NCBI GenBank assembly: GCA_012295275.1
Contig: CM022673.1
Coordinates: 24,304,001-24,368,000 of the forward strand
Reading direction: 5' to 3'
Source: Chrysomallon squamiferum
Lineage: Eukaryota > Animalia > Mollusca
DNA: 64,000 nucleotides
Both the position numbers and the translations under genes were made by a program. This document shows, piece after piece, positions 45,291 through 57,294 of the stretch; the stretch's first letter is position 1, and every line of letters starts with the position of its first letter. Below the pieces are notes generated by a model that was not told where the DNA came from, did no database searches, and worked only from the letters and a program-made list of their open reading frames with translations.

Positions 45291-47779
45291 TGTGTGAACA
45301 ACAAAAAATAAATAATAAATAAATATTTTTTTAAAAATAATAAAAATAACAAGAGAAGAAAGAAAAAAGGATGGGCTTGTTACACCCAACGATTTCTTGA
45401 TTGTATGCATCATACAGTGATAAGCGAAACAGCTCCGATATTGAACAGGTTCTTAACATACAGACACCAACACATACACTGACAGACTCCACGTCACAGA
45501 GACCAAAGGAGGCAAGAGGTTAAAGTCTAAGCTTTCAGAAACTGATAACTACAAACAGGTTTTTTTTCCTCACTTTTTTCCAAGCACTGACACAAGAGCA
45601 AAGTACTCATAGTATCTTCTCTATGAGCAGTTACATTATAAATCAAGAATGCAATCCTTTCCAAACAGTCTATTGTTGTTTTTGTATTTTCTTCTGAACA
45701 TGGTCACAAGAGGAAAGGACTGACAAAGTGTTTTTTTCCTTCTTCAAATGAGCAACTGCCATATTGAAATGCAATTGAGGATCCCTACAATACAACTGAC
45801 AGATCAGGATTGATACCCTGCTTAATGTATGAAAGTGTTTTATGAAGATCATGTCCAGACAAACAGATTCAATGTCAGTGGACAATGAATGGACTTTAAA
45901 CCCAGTTTCTAAAGACAGATATTTTAAACCCAGTTTCTACACACAAATGCTGGACTCCCTTGTCGAGTGGATCTGAATAGAGTCGTTATTATTGTATTAT
46001 ACTGACCAAGAGAAAAACACAAAAAAAAAACCTGTTGACCTCCATTTTAAGGGTTTACTGGTGAAAATGTTTTCATATTTCAGTGGTTATAAATATATAG
46101 ATAACAGTATTACATTTTATTTTTTCTTCCTTTTTTATTTCTTTTATTATTTAAATACTAACTATGACAACAACAAAATTAACAGTTTTATCTATCATGT
46201 TGCAAGAGATAAATATTCTTTATCTGCATTAATACCAAATTTTTAAATAAAATTTATTTCAAATGGACTTAATATAAAACAAAATATATAATAAAAAGTA
46301 AAAAGACATGAATAATATTAATAATCAGTCTAAAAACAAAAAGATACTTTTGAGCACATTTTAATTATTACAATTTTTTAGTTTTTTGATGTACCAGCTC
46401 TTTCTTTAAAAACATTTCTTGTTATGCTGCAAGAAGCAGACGTAGAAACTCCAGTCAGCCCAGTATGTGCAGAGATACAGAAAAATTATTTAAAAATTAA
46501 TGATTTGACAAAGATGTATGGTTCAAAAACAAGAAAAATGTTTTAACAGGATATAAAACATGGTAACCCTTGTAATGAGATCAAATTATTTTTCATATGA
46601 AAAACATTTCATTTTCAGTTAATCACTTTGTAGTGTCATCATAAAACATACAAATTCTTTACTCTGATACAAATTATTTAACCTGCTCCTTTCATTTCTC
46701 AAAGATTGTCTTCAAATAACAACATTTGTGTATATGTGTATATGTGTATATCTATATATTAAGCATTCTAATCTATTTTCATTAATAATTAATTATAAAA
46801 TACACTTTCAATTTTGGAAACAAGTAACTCTAAATATTAAATGAAATTTACAAACAAACCTGGCTACGGTAACAAGTAAAAAAAAAAATACATAAAACAA
46901 TTTCTATCCATCTTAACTACATCTTAGTATTTCTTACTTGCACAAAAAAAAAAAAAATATATATATATATATATATAACAGATCGATAATATGAATATAT
47001 CCATGTTTTTAATAAAATTTATATTAAAAAAACAAATGAATTACGGATCTGAATAAACAACAAGCAATGAAAATAAGAATATTTTAATATACAAGTTAAA
47101 ACATAATTCATGTTCGTCTGTCGATGGATACTAGTACTCGTATATAATAATCGTAAACGTTACTGAATTCTGAACGATATTTTAATTATTTACATGTATC
47201 GTCGCTTTTGTCTTATAACAACGACCCCAGAATTTGTCTTGATCTATATTCCATCGTGCCTGCCGTCTTCGCAACAGTAGGGCCGATTTGCATGTCTGCG
47301 ACTAAATATGGAAATCTCGCCCATGCTTTAAGTCGGCCGAACTGATGCCAGCCGTTTCACCACGATCTGATGGTAAACAAACCACCGACGAAAATAGTAC
47401 TCATAAACAAATGAAAGTTTTTAATTTTAAAAGAACGTTTATGTTAAAATACTGCTTGTGGAAACGCCACGCTGATGTTGTTTAAATGTAAATAAACCCG
47501 TACCCTTACACAAGTATTTCATCATCATGTTGTCTGGGCTAGCTCTCAATACTCAGTTATACCGAATGACACACGCAGCTTACAAAAACCATGTGCGTCG
47601 GTCATGTTTCGTTGTTAATTTCGTTATTTTCTCTAATTTGACTATAAAAAATTAACACTTACCAAAAGATCAACTTGTGCTTCATTTATACCCTCGGCAC
47701 TTCCATTTGAAATATCCATACTTCTGCCAGAATGAGGAACAACTGGATAGAGACTATTTTGGTTTGGCGCAGCCATCAT
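29810..47779 (-). CDS. slc6a5: SLC6 sodium- and chloride-dependent glycine transporter-like (GlyT2-like) gene; 13 core exons plus alternative N-terminal exons
   Basis: SNF signature [39 protein letters not shown]; TM6 [26 protein letters not shown]; [10 protein letters not shown]; DTYAASW. All 13 core exons have GT-AG ends with consistent phases (1923 nt = 640 aa plus stop). The symbol reflects closest resemblance; orthology was not tested. Confidence 0.93.
30319..30492 (-). CDS. SLC6 core exon 12 (TM12)
   Basis: [29 protein letters not shown]...LSLIG; 174 nt, donor GTATGT. Confidence 0.93.
30849..30958 (-). CDS. SLC6 core exon 11 (IL5-TM11)
   Basis: [37 protein letters not shown]; 110 nt, donor GTAAGT. 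Confidence 0.95.
31257..31356 (-). CDS. SLC6 core exon 10 (TM10)
   Basis: [33 protein letters not shown]; 100 nt. Confidence 0.95.
31380..31550. repeat. Degenerate intronic minisatellite, unit about 36 bp
   Basis: TTAGTATTATCAGTGTCT(A/T)TATTTTTATATTAAT-like units, 4-5 copies. Confidence 0.75.
31738..31866 (-). CDS. SLC6 core exon 9 (TM8-TM9)
   Basis: [43 protein letters not shown]; 129 nt. Confidence 0.93.
32261..32373 (-). CDS. SLC6 core exon 8 (EL4-TM8)
   Basis: [38 protein letters not shown]; 113 nt. Confidence 0.95.
32824..32948 (-). CDS. SLC6 core exon 7 (TM7)
   Basis: [28 protein letters not shown]...VVEQ; 125 nt. Confidence 0.95.
33261..33364 (-). CDS. SLC6 core exon 6 (TM6)
   Basis: [34 protein letters not shown]; 104 nt, phase 0 to 2. 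Confidence 0.95.
33850..33984 (-). CDS. SLC6 core exon 5 (TM5)
   Basis: [45 protein letters not shown]; 135 nt. Confidence 0.95.
34646..34778 (-). CDS. SLC6 core exon 4 (TM4)
   Basis: [28 protein letters not shown]...GVKSVGK; 133 nt, phase 2 to 0. Confidence 0.92.
34758..35030. repeat. 54-bp minisatellite overlapping the acceptor and start of SLC6 core exon 4
   Basis: Unit (G/C)ATAT(C/T)TCTAGTATGTGTTTTCTGAAAACATAACAGACACATTAATTTCAATAA; 4 full and 2 partial copies. Confidence 0.92.
35377..35536 (-). CDS. SLC6 core exon 3 (EL2)
   Basis: [16 protein letters not shown]...APAQDFFE; N-glycosylation sequons NGS, NAT, NLT; 160 nt, donor GTGAGT. Confidence 0.92.
35736..35879 (-). CDS. SLC6 core exon 2 (TM3, start of EL2)
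   Basis: [27 protein letters not shown]...[13 protein letters not shown]; 144 nt, donor GTAAGT. Confidence 0.95.
36168..36507 (-). CDS. SLC6 core exon 1 (N-terminal end, TM1-TM2)
   Basis: aaccag|AAT CCT; [10 protein letters not shown]...[10 protein letters not shown]...CPLFY G|GTTAGT; 340 nt, phase 0 to 1. Confidence 0.95.
41860..41967 (-). CDS. SLC6 candidate cassette exon ([36 protein letters not shown], 108 nt, phase 0-0)
   Basis: Strong acceptor cttttccctgtttttcag, weaker donor GAG|GTTATT, open in phase 0, GC-rich island within an AT-rich intron. Confidence 0.55.
43786..43839 (-). CDS. SLC6 candidate cassette exon ([18 protein letters not shown], 54 nt, phase 0-0)
   Basis: Acceptor tctgcctgtttag, donor GAG|GTCAGT, length divisible by 3, open in phase 0. 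Confidence 0.45.
44396..44548 (-). CDS. SLC6 alternative first coding exon B ([15 protein letters not shown]...SDSVGK, 51 aa)
   Basis: AAAATGG start context with an in-frame TAA 18 nt upstream, 153 nt open, phase-0 donor AAG|GTAATC; GC-richer than flanks. Confidence 0.7.
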
Positions 47780-47880
47780 TTTAGCGGGATAAAGTCTAAC
47801 ACGTAGTGCGGGCGCTAGAGGTCGCTTTGAGGAGAACCTAAGGGAAGTATTATCTCAAATACTATGGCAACAAATTGATC
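47100..47880 (-). promoter_or_regulatory. CpG-rich promoter region around SLC6 exon A
   Basis: Abrupt rise in CG dinucleotides relative to 25-47 kb; spans the first ATG exon. Confidence 0.5.
47663..47779 (-). CDS. SLC6 alternative first coding exon A ([39 protein letters not shown], 39 aa)
   Basis: AAAATGATGG start context, 117 nt open, consensus phase-0 donor TTG|GTAAGT; lies in a CpG-rich patch at the edge of the CpG-poor gene body. Confidence 0.75.
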
Positions 47881-50252
47881 TGGTTGTTCTTCTATTACAT
47901 GCTTGTGTCCAAAACAATAAATTTTATAAAAATGTTCTAGCATATGTTCAGAAACAGTTGGCATCAACATCAAACAAGAACATGTACAGACTTGTATTTC
48001 TTGTCTATGAATGAATTGGTTGGCAGAGTGCCAGTAAATATACTCTACACAAAAAGAACCATATACTGTATATTTTGAATAACATCAGGTAAATAAGCAT
48101 GTTTGAAACTATTACAGTTTGTTTCACATTCCAAATGGAACCATGTGAGGTATATTGAAGAAAATGTATATGTGTCAAAGTAATGTTTATATTTTTTTAT
48201 TGTATTGTTATAATTCTTTTCTCATTCTTTAAACGAATTGTTTGTATAACAGATTTAAAATAGTATTAAAATTTCGGTATCAGATACATCTTAATTTTAT
48301 TGGTATTTTATACAGATATATTATTAATAAAACGCGTATGTCTGTCTGTTTCATACGCTCATACACTCCTGTCTGTCTGTTTATGTATCCGTCCATTTCA
48401 AAACGTGTGCCTTTCGCTTTGTAGAGAGTTTACATTTACTATTGATCGTTGTCAATACAGACGTAGTAGTTGTGAAATAGATTTTTCTTTACGTCATACA
48501 CGCCTTCAAAACAGTAACAGTCGGACTGGTCGTTAGCGAAATTCCTTTAGGTGGCGTATTGTAGAAAACGTGTATTTTGTTAGTATAAAAGCAACTTACG
48601 TTTGTTTATTTACGTATCTATAGAACCAAACAGACGGCGAATCCTAAACATATTTAAATGAATTTCAGTTTGTTATTCAATAATACTGACCTAAATTATT
48701 ACATTCATTCATTCAGATTTTTTATTTTTTTTTATTTTATTTTATTTTATTTTATTTTATTTTTTATTTTTTATTTTATTTTATTTTATTTTTTTTTTTT
48801 TTATTTTTTATTTTATTTTATTTTATTTTATTTTGTTCACGTTTACCGAGTGAAAGAGAGAAAGAAGGAATGACTGAAGGTATGCCATTAAAATATTGTT
48901 AAACGTTCGCACTTGGCTACACGCTTTGCTCATTTAATATAGGCCTATATGATACATGATATATATAAAATTGCATGAATATATTCTGGGAAGAGTTGTA
49001 AAACTACTGAATGAAAGAAATGTTGTTGTGTGTGTGTGTGCGGCAATGAGATATCAACCACATTTGTAACATTTACGTAATGTCGTATCAAAGAGCAAAC
49101 TCCCCAAGGACCAGTCACGTCGTTCAGCAGTAAGTGATCCTTTAAACACACCTTCCCAGTAACAGTAACACTTAACAACGTAAATCGAGATTTGCGATGA
49201 TGAATGGGTTTAGAGACGGATTAACATAATAACGTTTACTCATTTGAGCCTTTAATCGGATTATCCAGCAAAAAAATGGTTCCGTTAGAGTATTAACTAC
49301 GCATTTACAAATTAATTTACAGGTGTGTATATATATTATAGAGAATAATATGTCTGTCTGTGAGTATGAGAGTGTACTAATGATGTCTAAAAATTAGAAA
49401 TTTGTGAATATTTAAAGAAAACGAACTGAGTGAAAGAAAGAAAGTAAAGATCGAAACAAAAAAATAAAAATTAGAAAAGTAAGTTAACTAAAATGCTATA
49501 AAACACGAACAAAAAAAATTAGGATTAATATATCAGACATATAATACATCTAGCTATATAACAATCTTCAAAGTGTATGTTATCACGGTGAAGAAACATA
49601 TATCTGTCTCATTTTGTGCCTTCTTACACAAACGGAGAATCAGTTTGTGCTTGCGTAACAATATCAGCCGATCAACGTATAACACGTTGCCGCTGTATTT
49701 TACGTAACTCTTTTTCTCTCGTCTGTACTGTCTGATATATTAAATTATCGCTTTGCAAATATAAAATGCGATAACATTTTTACCTGCGTCTGTGTGTGCT
49801 GTACGCCCATTTGACAACGTGGTGATCTGTCACCAGTTAGTTTGCACCTGATCGCAGAAGGAACAGTACAGCAAATGTACTGGTCGGTGCACGTGGTATA
49901 TGTTGAAATTTATGGATGTCAAACTAAGTCGACCTGGTATTGAAATTTGCACCGAGTGAAATGAAAAACACTCGATGTTCACATGCGAATGAATATCTGT
50001 CTGCACTGAAACTGAACAGTGGAGTTTGTGTTGTTACAGACGTGTTTTCATGCTGTTTTATTTCTGTCTTAACGACCAAGCCATACATACGCACGCACAC
50101 GCACACGCAAGAAATATATATATACGTATATTCCTATGCATATACCCACAAACACGCACACATACGCACACAAACTGAGTGTAAACATTGCTACTTACAA
50201 AACCTAGTTGTATGTGGTGTAAATCCGTGAATGAAGCTTCAGAACCAGTTGT

Positions 50253-50284
<32 letters not shown>

Positions 50285-50368
50285 TAGCCTGTGAATATAT
50301 ATATATATATATCTGATTATTTTACTTTAGGTATAAACATAAAAAAAAATAATTGTCGATATTACGCC

Positions 50369-50527
50369 ATTATTATTATTATTATTACTATTATTATTAT
50401 TATTATTATTACTATTATTATTATTATTATTACTGTTATTATTATTATTATTATTATTACTATTATTATTATTATTATTACTGTTATTATTATTACTATT
50501 ATTATTATTATTATTACTGTTATTATT
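50369..50527. repeat. (TAT)n trinucleotide microsatellite
   Basis: Visible directly; similar (TAT/AAT)n runs at about 2388-2444, 18907-19010, 40478-40581, 42722-42818 and 54865-54915. Confidence 0.95.
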
Positions 50528-50995
50528 TATTTATTTATTTATAGATGTTTTGCTTCAGGTGATCGATCATTCATAATAATAATAATAATAAAATTGACCC
50601 ATATATTATTATTAACATAAATGTTTTATTTTTGGAATTCTCCCCCCCCCGACTTTTGTATTAATATAAAATGTCCGCCCCCACGTTTACTACAAACTTA
50701 GAACTATTATTTGATATATGTCATGTTTCATTATTAATCACTTAAATTGAAAACACTGAGGTCAGGCGGTACTTTTATGAGACATTTTATCGATCAGTTT
50801 CATTGTAAATATCTTTTATCTACACATGATGAACGTGTTGAAGAAAAAAAACAAGTTTTATTTCGCAGAAAATTAAGTGTAAAATGCTCAATCGATTGTC
50901 AAGCGATTAGTGAGTAAACATTTTTGTTTTTAAAAGAAAAAAAACCCTACTAATTTGTTTTTAAGACGATAATCAAATGCCGAGCTGTGCATGTG

Positions 50996-51030
<35 letters not shown>

Positions 51031-51183
51031 CTATGCTTGTATGTATAATTATGTCTGTGCGTGTGTGTGGGTGTGTGTATTTGTTGCATGTGTATGTATT
51101 GTATATGTATGTGTATTTATGTGCGATGTGTTCACATATGCGTGAATAGAATATGTTTGTGTTCATATGTGTGTGAATATGAG

Positions 51184-51258
<75 letters not shown>

Positions 51259-53738
51259 GAGTCCGTGTGTGTTTGTGTATGTTATCAATCAGTCAGTTCT
51301 TATATTAACTGTTTCATTATAATTTTATCAGTAAAAGTAAATATGTACCAAAGGCCACTGACTGAAAAATGGTTAAATTTAGCACCTGTGACATCATTAA
51401 GCACCTTCCCCCCCCTCTCTTTATCATTGGATCTTTTTTCTTCTTCTTCTTCTTTTTTTAAATATTTTTTTTCAATGCGCCTATCCCACAAATCATTCAC
51501 ACGTGGAGGCCCACCTTTCCTCCTGTATCACAATTCTTTGTGACACGTCAAACATCTGCTCCAAAAGGCGAGACGACTTTGCGTCTGTTTTACCGCCATG
51601 TCGAAATAATTTGGCGGGAAAGCAGCGCGCGCGACTTCAATAATACGTCTGCTTCGCAGTGTAAATTGTCCAGATTTGATACATCGTTGTGTTACTACAT
51701 ACGATATATAGACCGCAATGCAAAGTTCTTTTAACTGGGCAGACTTAAATAAATTAGATTTTTCTGTTTTGCCTCGTGAAACGACACAAGTTTGACGTCG
51801 CAGGATAGGGTCAGTCGATGTTAAAACGATTTGGTCAATCAACGACTGACTGCTGGTCAGCTCTGCTATCAGTTTCTCGTGTCATACGAAGGCTAGCAGA
51901 TTAATGCACAAACCAACAGCTGTTCCTACAATAACACACGCTTAATTTTTATTATTATTATTTTCATTTCATTTTTATTTATATTATTTTTATTGTGTGT
52001 TTGTTTACGGTGATAGTTTTGATAAATGATGGTGGTGTTGATGACGCTAGTAACAGTGTTGACTAAAGTAATGGAAATGATGATGATGATGATGATATTA
52101 TTGCCTGAGTCATTTATACAGCTGAATAATATTCTAGAAATATTAAAAATAATTTTTGCAACACATGAGTGTGTGAAATACATCAAGGTTTATTTTTTTG
52201 AATTTTTGAATTTTTATATTTAAATGTAACGAATTATTTGATAAAACCGGTATTATTATCAAAAGCTGAAACTTACAGGGTCTTTCTGCAGTTTGTGACT
52301 CGCGTGATTTTGCATCTGCGTAATATTGATCTAAATTTATATAGTAGGTGTTACATTCCCGTTTGATACGTAGAACTTCAGCAGAAATAAAATAATGATA
52401 TGTCGTGGCCATCATGAGGTGTCTGCGTGGTTGGCGTCAGTGTTGATGTAAACAAGACAGCTAACAGATGGTCGTTGTAGGTCATAATAATAGATTAAAT
52501 AACTGAATGACTCTACAGACATCCCAGTAAGAAAAATATTTTCGTAGTCAAGAATGTAAGAGATTATGGGACAATATGTATTCTAAACCAATAAAAAACA
52601 ACAACAACAAAACAACAACAAACAAACAAACAAACAAATAAATAAATATTATAAACATTGCTCAGAATTTTATTTTATAGATTAATCTATTTCTGGACTA
52701 CCGTCTTTTCAGCTGCCACAAAATAATGAACACACTGATAAACAATAAATAAATATAAATAAAAACAAAATGGTCGTGTTTTCGGTCTGCATTAGTTCAT
52801 TTTCTCAAATTATATATTAAAAATCCCCCCATTAAAACAAATATATACAATTTTATAGAAAAAAAGAAAGAAAAAAAGAAGAAACCAATGACTTCAATTC
52901 ACGCTCTAAATGTATTTAACTATAATTGTTCTGTCAAGATGTTAGTCAAATCTTAACACTGTCGTTAAACCACTGTGAAGATGTACAGTCACGTGGCAAA
53001 CACAAATGATCATTTAGCTGTGTACATAAAGAAACCTCACGCAATCCAGACAGACACGATTACCCTTTTAGTTGTCCATTCAGGATCTCAGTTGCGAAGG
53101 TGTCCACATCTGTGAGTCAGAATCAGATGAGTGACGTCATTACGTACAAGATAGATCATGTTACTGAGGCTTGATAAAGCTGTCACGTTTATACGTCAAA
53201 GAAAATCTAGATTACATGAAGGTTCAGTTTTGTACAAGCCATTCACCTTCTACAGTCTGTTTATAAAATACTGTAATCACAAAGTTAGCTAACAGATTTT
53301 TTTTTTTTAATATTTATATAAATAATGTAATAAAACTATATATTAGCGTTTTATGCCTATATCAATCTATCTATATAATTAATAATGATAAAACAAAAAG
53401 AAATAAATGAAGAAATAAAGAAATAAATTAATTAACTAATTAATAATAATTAAAATACATTATTAATATCTTATGTTTCTAGTCTTTGCTGTAACTTTTC
53501 ATTGCTGCGCTTAAAGTGCAGTAACGCCTTCAGCAACTACAGCACTGTTCAAACAGGTGTTGGCAATAGGTTAGTGGTTAATGAACATTAAAATTAAAAT
53601 GTGTCCATGTGTAGCTAATACATATTGATAAATTCATACATTAGTTTTTCACACTAACTGAATGTTGTGGATTTCGATTAAGAAGCATTTATGTAAGTTT
53701 AGATTTACCAGTGTTAGTTATAACTGGAGTAAACGCCC

Positions 53739-53809
<71 letters not shown>

Positions 53810-54102
53810 TGTGTGTGTTAGCAGTGTACTTTCTGACACTTAGTCAAGTGACTATACATACCGTAGATCTAAGACGTAATTTTCCTTTTATTTTATTTTA
53901 CTTATTATCATCATCATCATCATCATCACTGAAAGTTGATTGGTGTGTATTTATTTATTTAGAGTGTGCGATTTTCAGTAAGTTAGATGCCTTTTGTTGA
54001 TTTATTAAAATATTCTCTTTCCTTATTGTAACTATCTCCTTCTTCTCCTTTTTCTTCTTCTTCTTATTCGTTTATTTATTAATTATTATTATTATTATTG
54101 TT

Positions 54103-54150
<48 letters not shown>

Positions 54151-54865
54151 ATTTATTTATTTATTTATTTTTCCCAACATGTATACCACGTCCTTAATGT
54201 GAGAAAGAAACAATATTTATTCTGTATAAAGTTCAAATACAATTACAGTGGTTAAACATACCATCTAATTCTTTTTTGAAACGGTTCATTCTGTCTGTAC
54301 TTTTATTAAACTATTTCAGTTTTATTAATCTTCATTTTTATTATTCACAAATCTCAAATTTTTTTTTTCTTATTCTTTTATTCTCTTTTTTCAACAACAA
54401 TTAATATTGTATAAAATGTTTTTCATTTATATAATATACCTATGTGATTAATATAGTTTTCTTAGTTTTATTTATTAGTTATTAGCTTTTGTTTTGAAAT
54501 ACTCTATTGTAAACACAGATTTTGCTTCATAATATTTTTATCTTCCTACCAGCTAATAAATATTAATTCGACACAGATATTATCGATTGGTTTGTGCTTA
54601 CACCACCTGTCGCGGTACAGCTGTAAGCAGTTTTTGTTTCAGTGGTTGTGTTCTTTTCCACAGTCGAGGTCAAACCACTCCCACACGTGTGGAATATTCC
54701 CTAAATACAAAGACTCCTGAACCCTATTAATGACTGAATATTCAGTACTGCCCAAATGATGGCGAGAACGAGGGTGGAAAATGCCAGGGGAAGGGAATAA
54801 TAATAATTTTAAAAAAAAACTGTGGAAGTGGGTATGAAAAAAAAAAAAAAAATGGGGATATGTTG

Positions 54866-54915
<50 letters not shown>

Positions 54916-56369
54916 TTTCTTGCTCTTGTGATCGGTCAGATCGTAGAATAATTCTGTATAGAACGTAATGGACAGGAGGATTGCGTGAGAATGTTACGTA
55001 AACAAGCCCTACTTTTTATGTCTCAGTCCCTCTTTCATCGACAATGAGGTTTCAGTTGCCAAAACAACCCGGTCAAAATACGCGTTTATTGTCTGCTTTT
55101 TCTCCAGATGTTTTACCGAAATGTGTGACGTCAAAGGGAAAGAAAAAAAAACAAACATTCATATTATAAATACGTTTAGATAAATGCCGAACATTTCTAA
55201 CCAATTTTTAAATTTTATTTTTTATTTGTAGATTAATAAATGTCAGAGTTTGGTCAAAAGGTTTTACTAATTGGTTTAAAGAAATTGTGTGGGTGTCTGT
55301 GTGTTTTAATTTATGACAAAGATATTTTTTCTTCTTTCTTTTTTTCCCCCAGCTCGATAATGCGCTTCGAAACGTTATGATATCAAGTCATTTGTGCCAT
55401 TCCATAGAAATGTTCTGTAATTGTGTATGAATTCATTCAAATATGAAGAAATGGTCAAAATACATTTTGTATATAGTTTCACATTTGTGTGTGTGTGTGT
55501 GTGTGTGTGTATAGATACATGTGTGTATATACTGTATGTAATTTCTGTGTATGTTTATGTGTATGTATGTATGTATGTATGTATGTATGTATGTACACAC
55601 ATTATTAGGTTTGTGTATGTATGTATGTTTTATGGATATTGAATAAACCATCCTTTCTCATCTTAAACACTTTGTACTCGTATTTTATAATTGCTTGTCT
55701 ACGTTTATACTCACTTGTTTATTTATTGTGTGTATACTCATTATTTTCTGTGTCTGTATGGTTGTATTATATTGTCTGTCAGTTTAATTATAAATTAACT
55801 AGCCTGTTCAAGCAGAATTTATTGTATTTCCCTGTTGCTGAAAACATCGGCTGTTCGTTTTATAAAGATATATTTACTTTTTTTTTCTTCGTGCAGTATA
55901 AAAAGTCGTATATATATGTATGTATGTATATATGTATGTGTGTATGTACGTATGTACGTATAGACTGAACATTTTGGGTTTTTTTTAAATCAGAATCTAA
56001 AGAAAAAATAAATATAAAAACATGTAAAACCCCCCAAAAATATATATATTTTATAAGATACCTTAAAATAAAATTAACATTAAATTTATAACATGTTTTT
56101 TTCAGACTCTTTATAAATAAATAAATATTAAAATAAAATAAAATATCATTTCATTAGAAGTGCCGGTTTATAAAACGATAATGTTTTCTCAAGGTTTTAT
56201 TCAAGGTCGCGCTACTTTATTAGCGAAGCACGTGTCGCATCACGTGATTTTTAATAAATCCTATTTTCACTGTTCGCTTCAGTGATCTGAACTTTCATTA
56301 ACCAAAGAAGCAGTTTTTCCATATAAGTGTGTAATTATATTGTTTTTTTTTAAACAAGAGTTACAATAC

Positions 56370-56447
<78 letters not shown>

Positions 56448-57193
56448 ATAATAACGTTTATGATGAAATAATAATGATATCTAAAATGTAAGTTGTTCTT
56501 TATTTTATTCTAATAGTTTTATTTATTTTTATTTTTCTTTCTTTCTTTCTTTATTTAATTTATTATTATTATAATTTTTTGTTTTGTTTTTTTGTTTGTT
56601 TGTTTGCTTTGTGTGCGTGCGTGACAGACGATTCAAACAGAATTCTGAAAATGACTTAACATTAACAGAATTATTATTTTGATTTCATTCTTCCTATTAC
56701 TACATTAAAGAACTAAGGCTGTGAGAATAGAAATACAATGAATACTTTTTCTGAAGATGAAAACTTAAAACTGTATTTCTAACAAAGTTAATAATGTATA
56801 TAAATAGTAGAAATGACCAGGCTACGGAGGAAACAAACATTTAGCAAACGAGATTAGCCCACTAAAAAGATTTTGCTATTTACGACAGTCAGATTAGCTT
56901 ATCAGTAATGAGTTCAAAAACAAACAAACAAAAATTTTCTGCACAAAACTATTTAAGCTTTATCATCTATTTCCTGTACCATACATTGCGGTCAGTATTC
57001 ACTTTATAGAAATCAATATTATGCACAGAAGTAATATTACATAATTATTACATATCTGTTTTACTTGTTAATTTTTATTTATTTTATTATTAATATTATT
57101 ATTATTTTTTGTTTTTGTTTTGTTTTTCAGATTTAGATAATTATATATTTATGTTTGTAGCAAAAAGATTTAATTGTCCAAAAGCATAAAACA

Positions 57194-57294
<101 letters not shown>

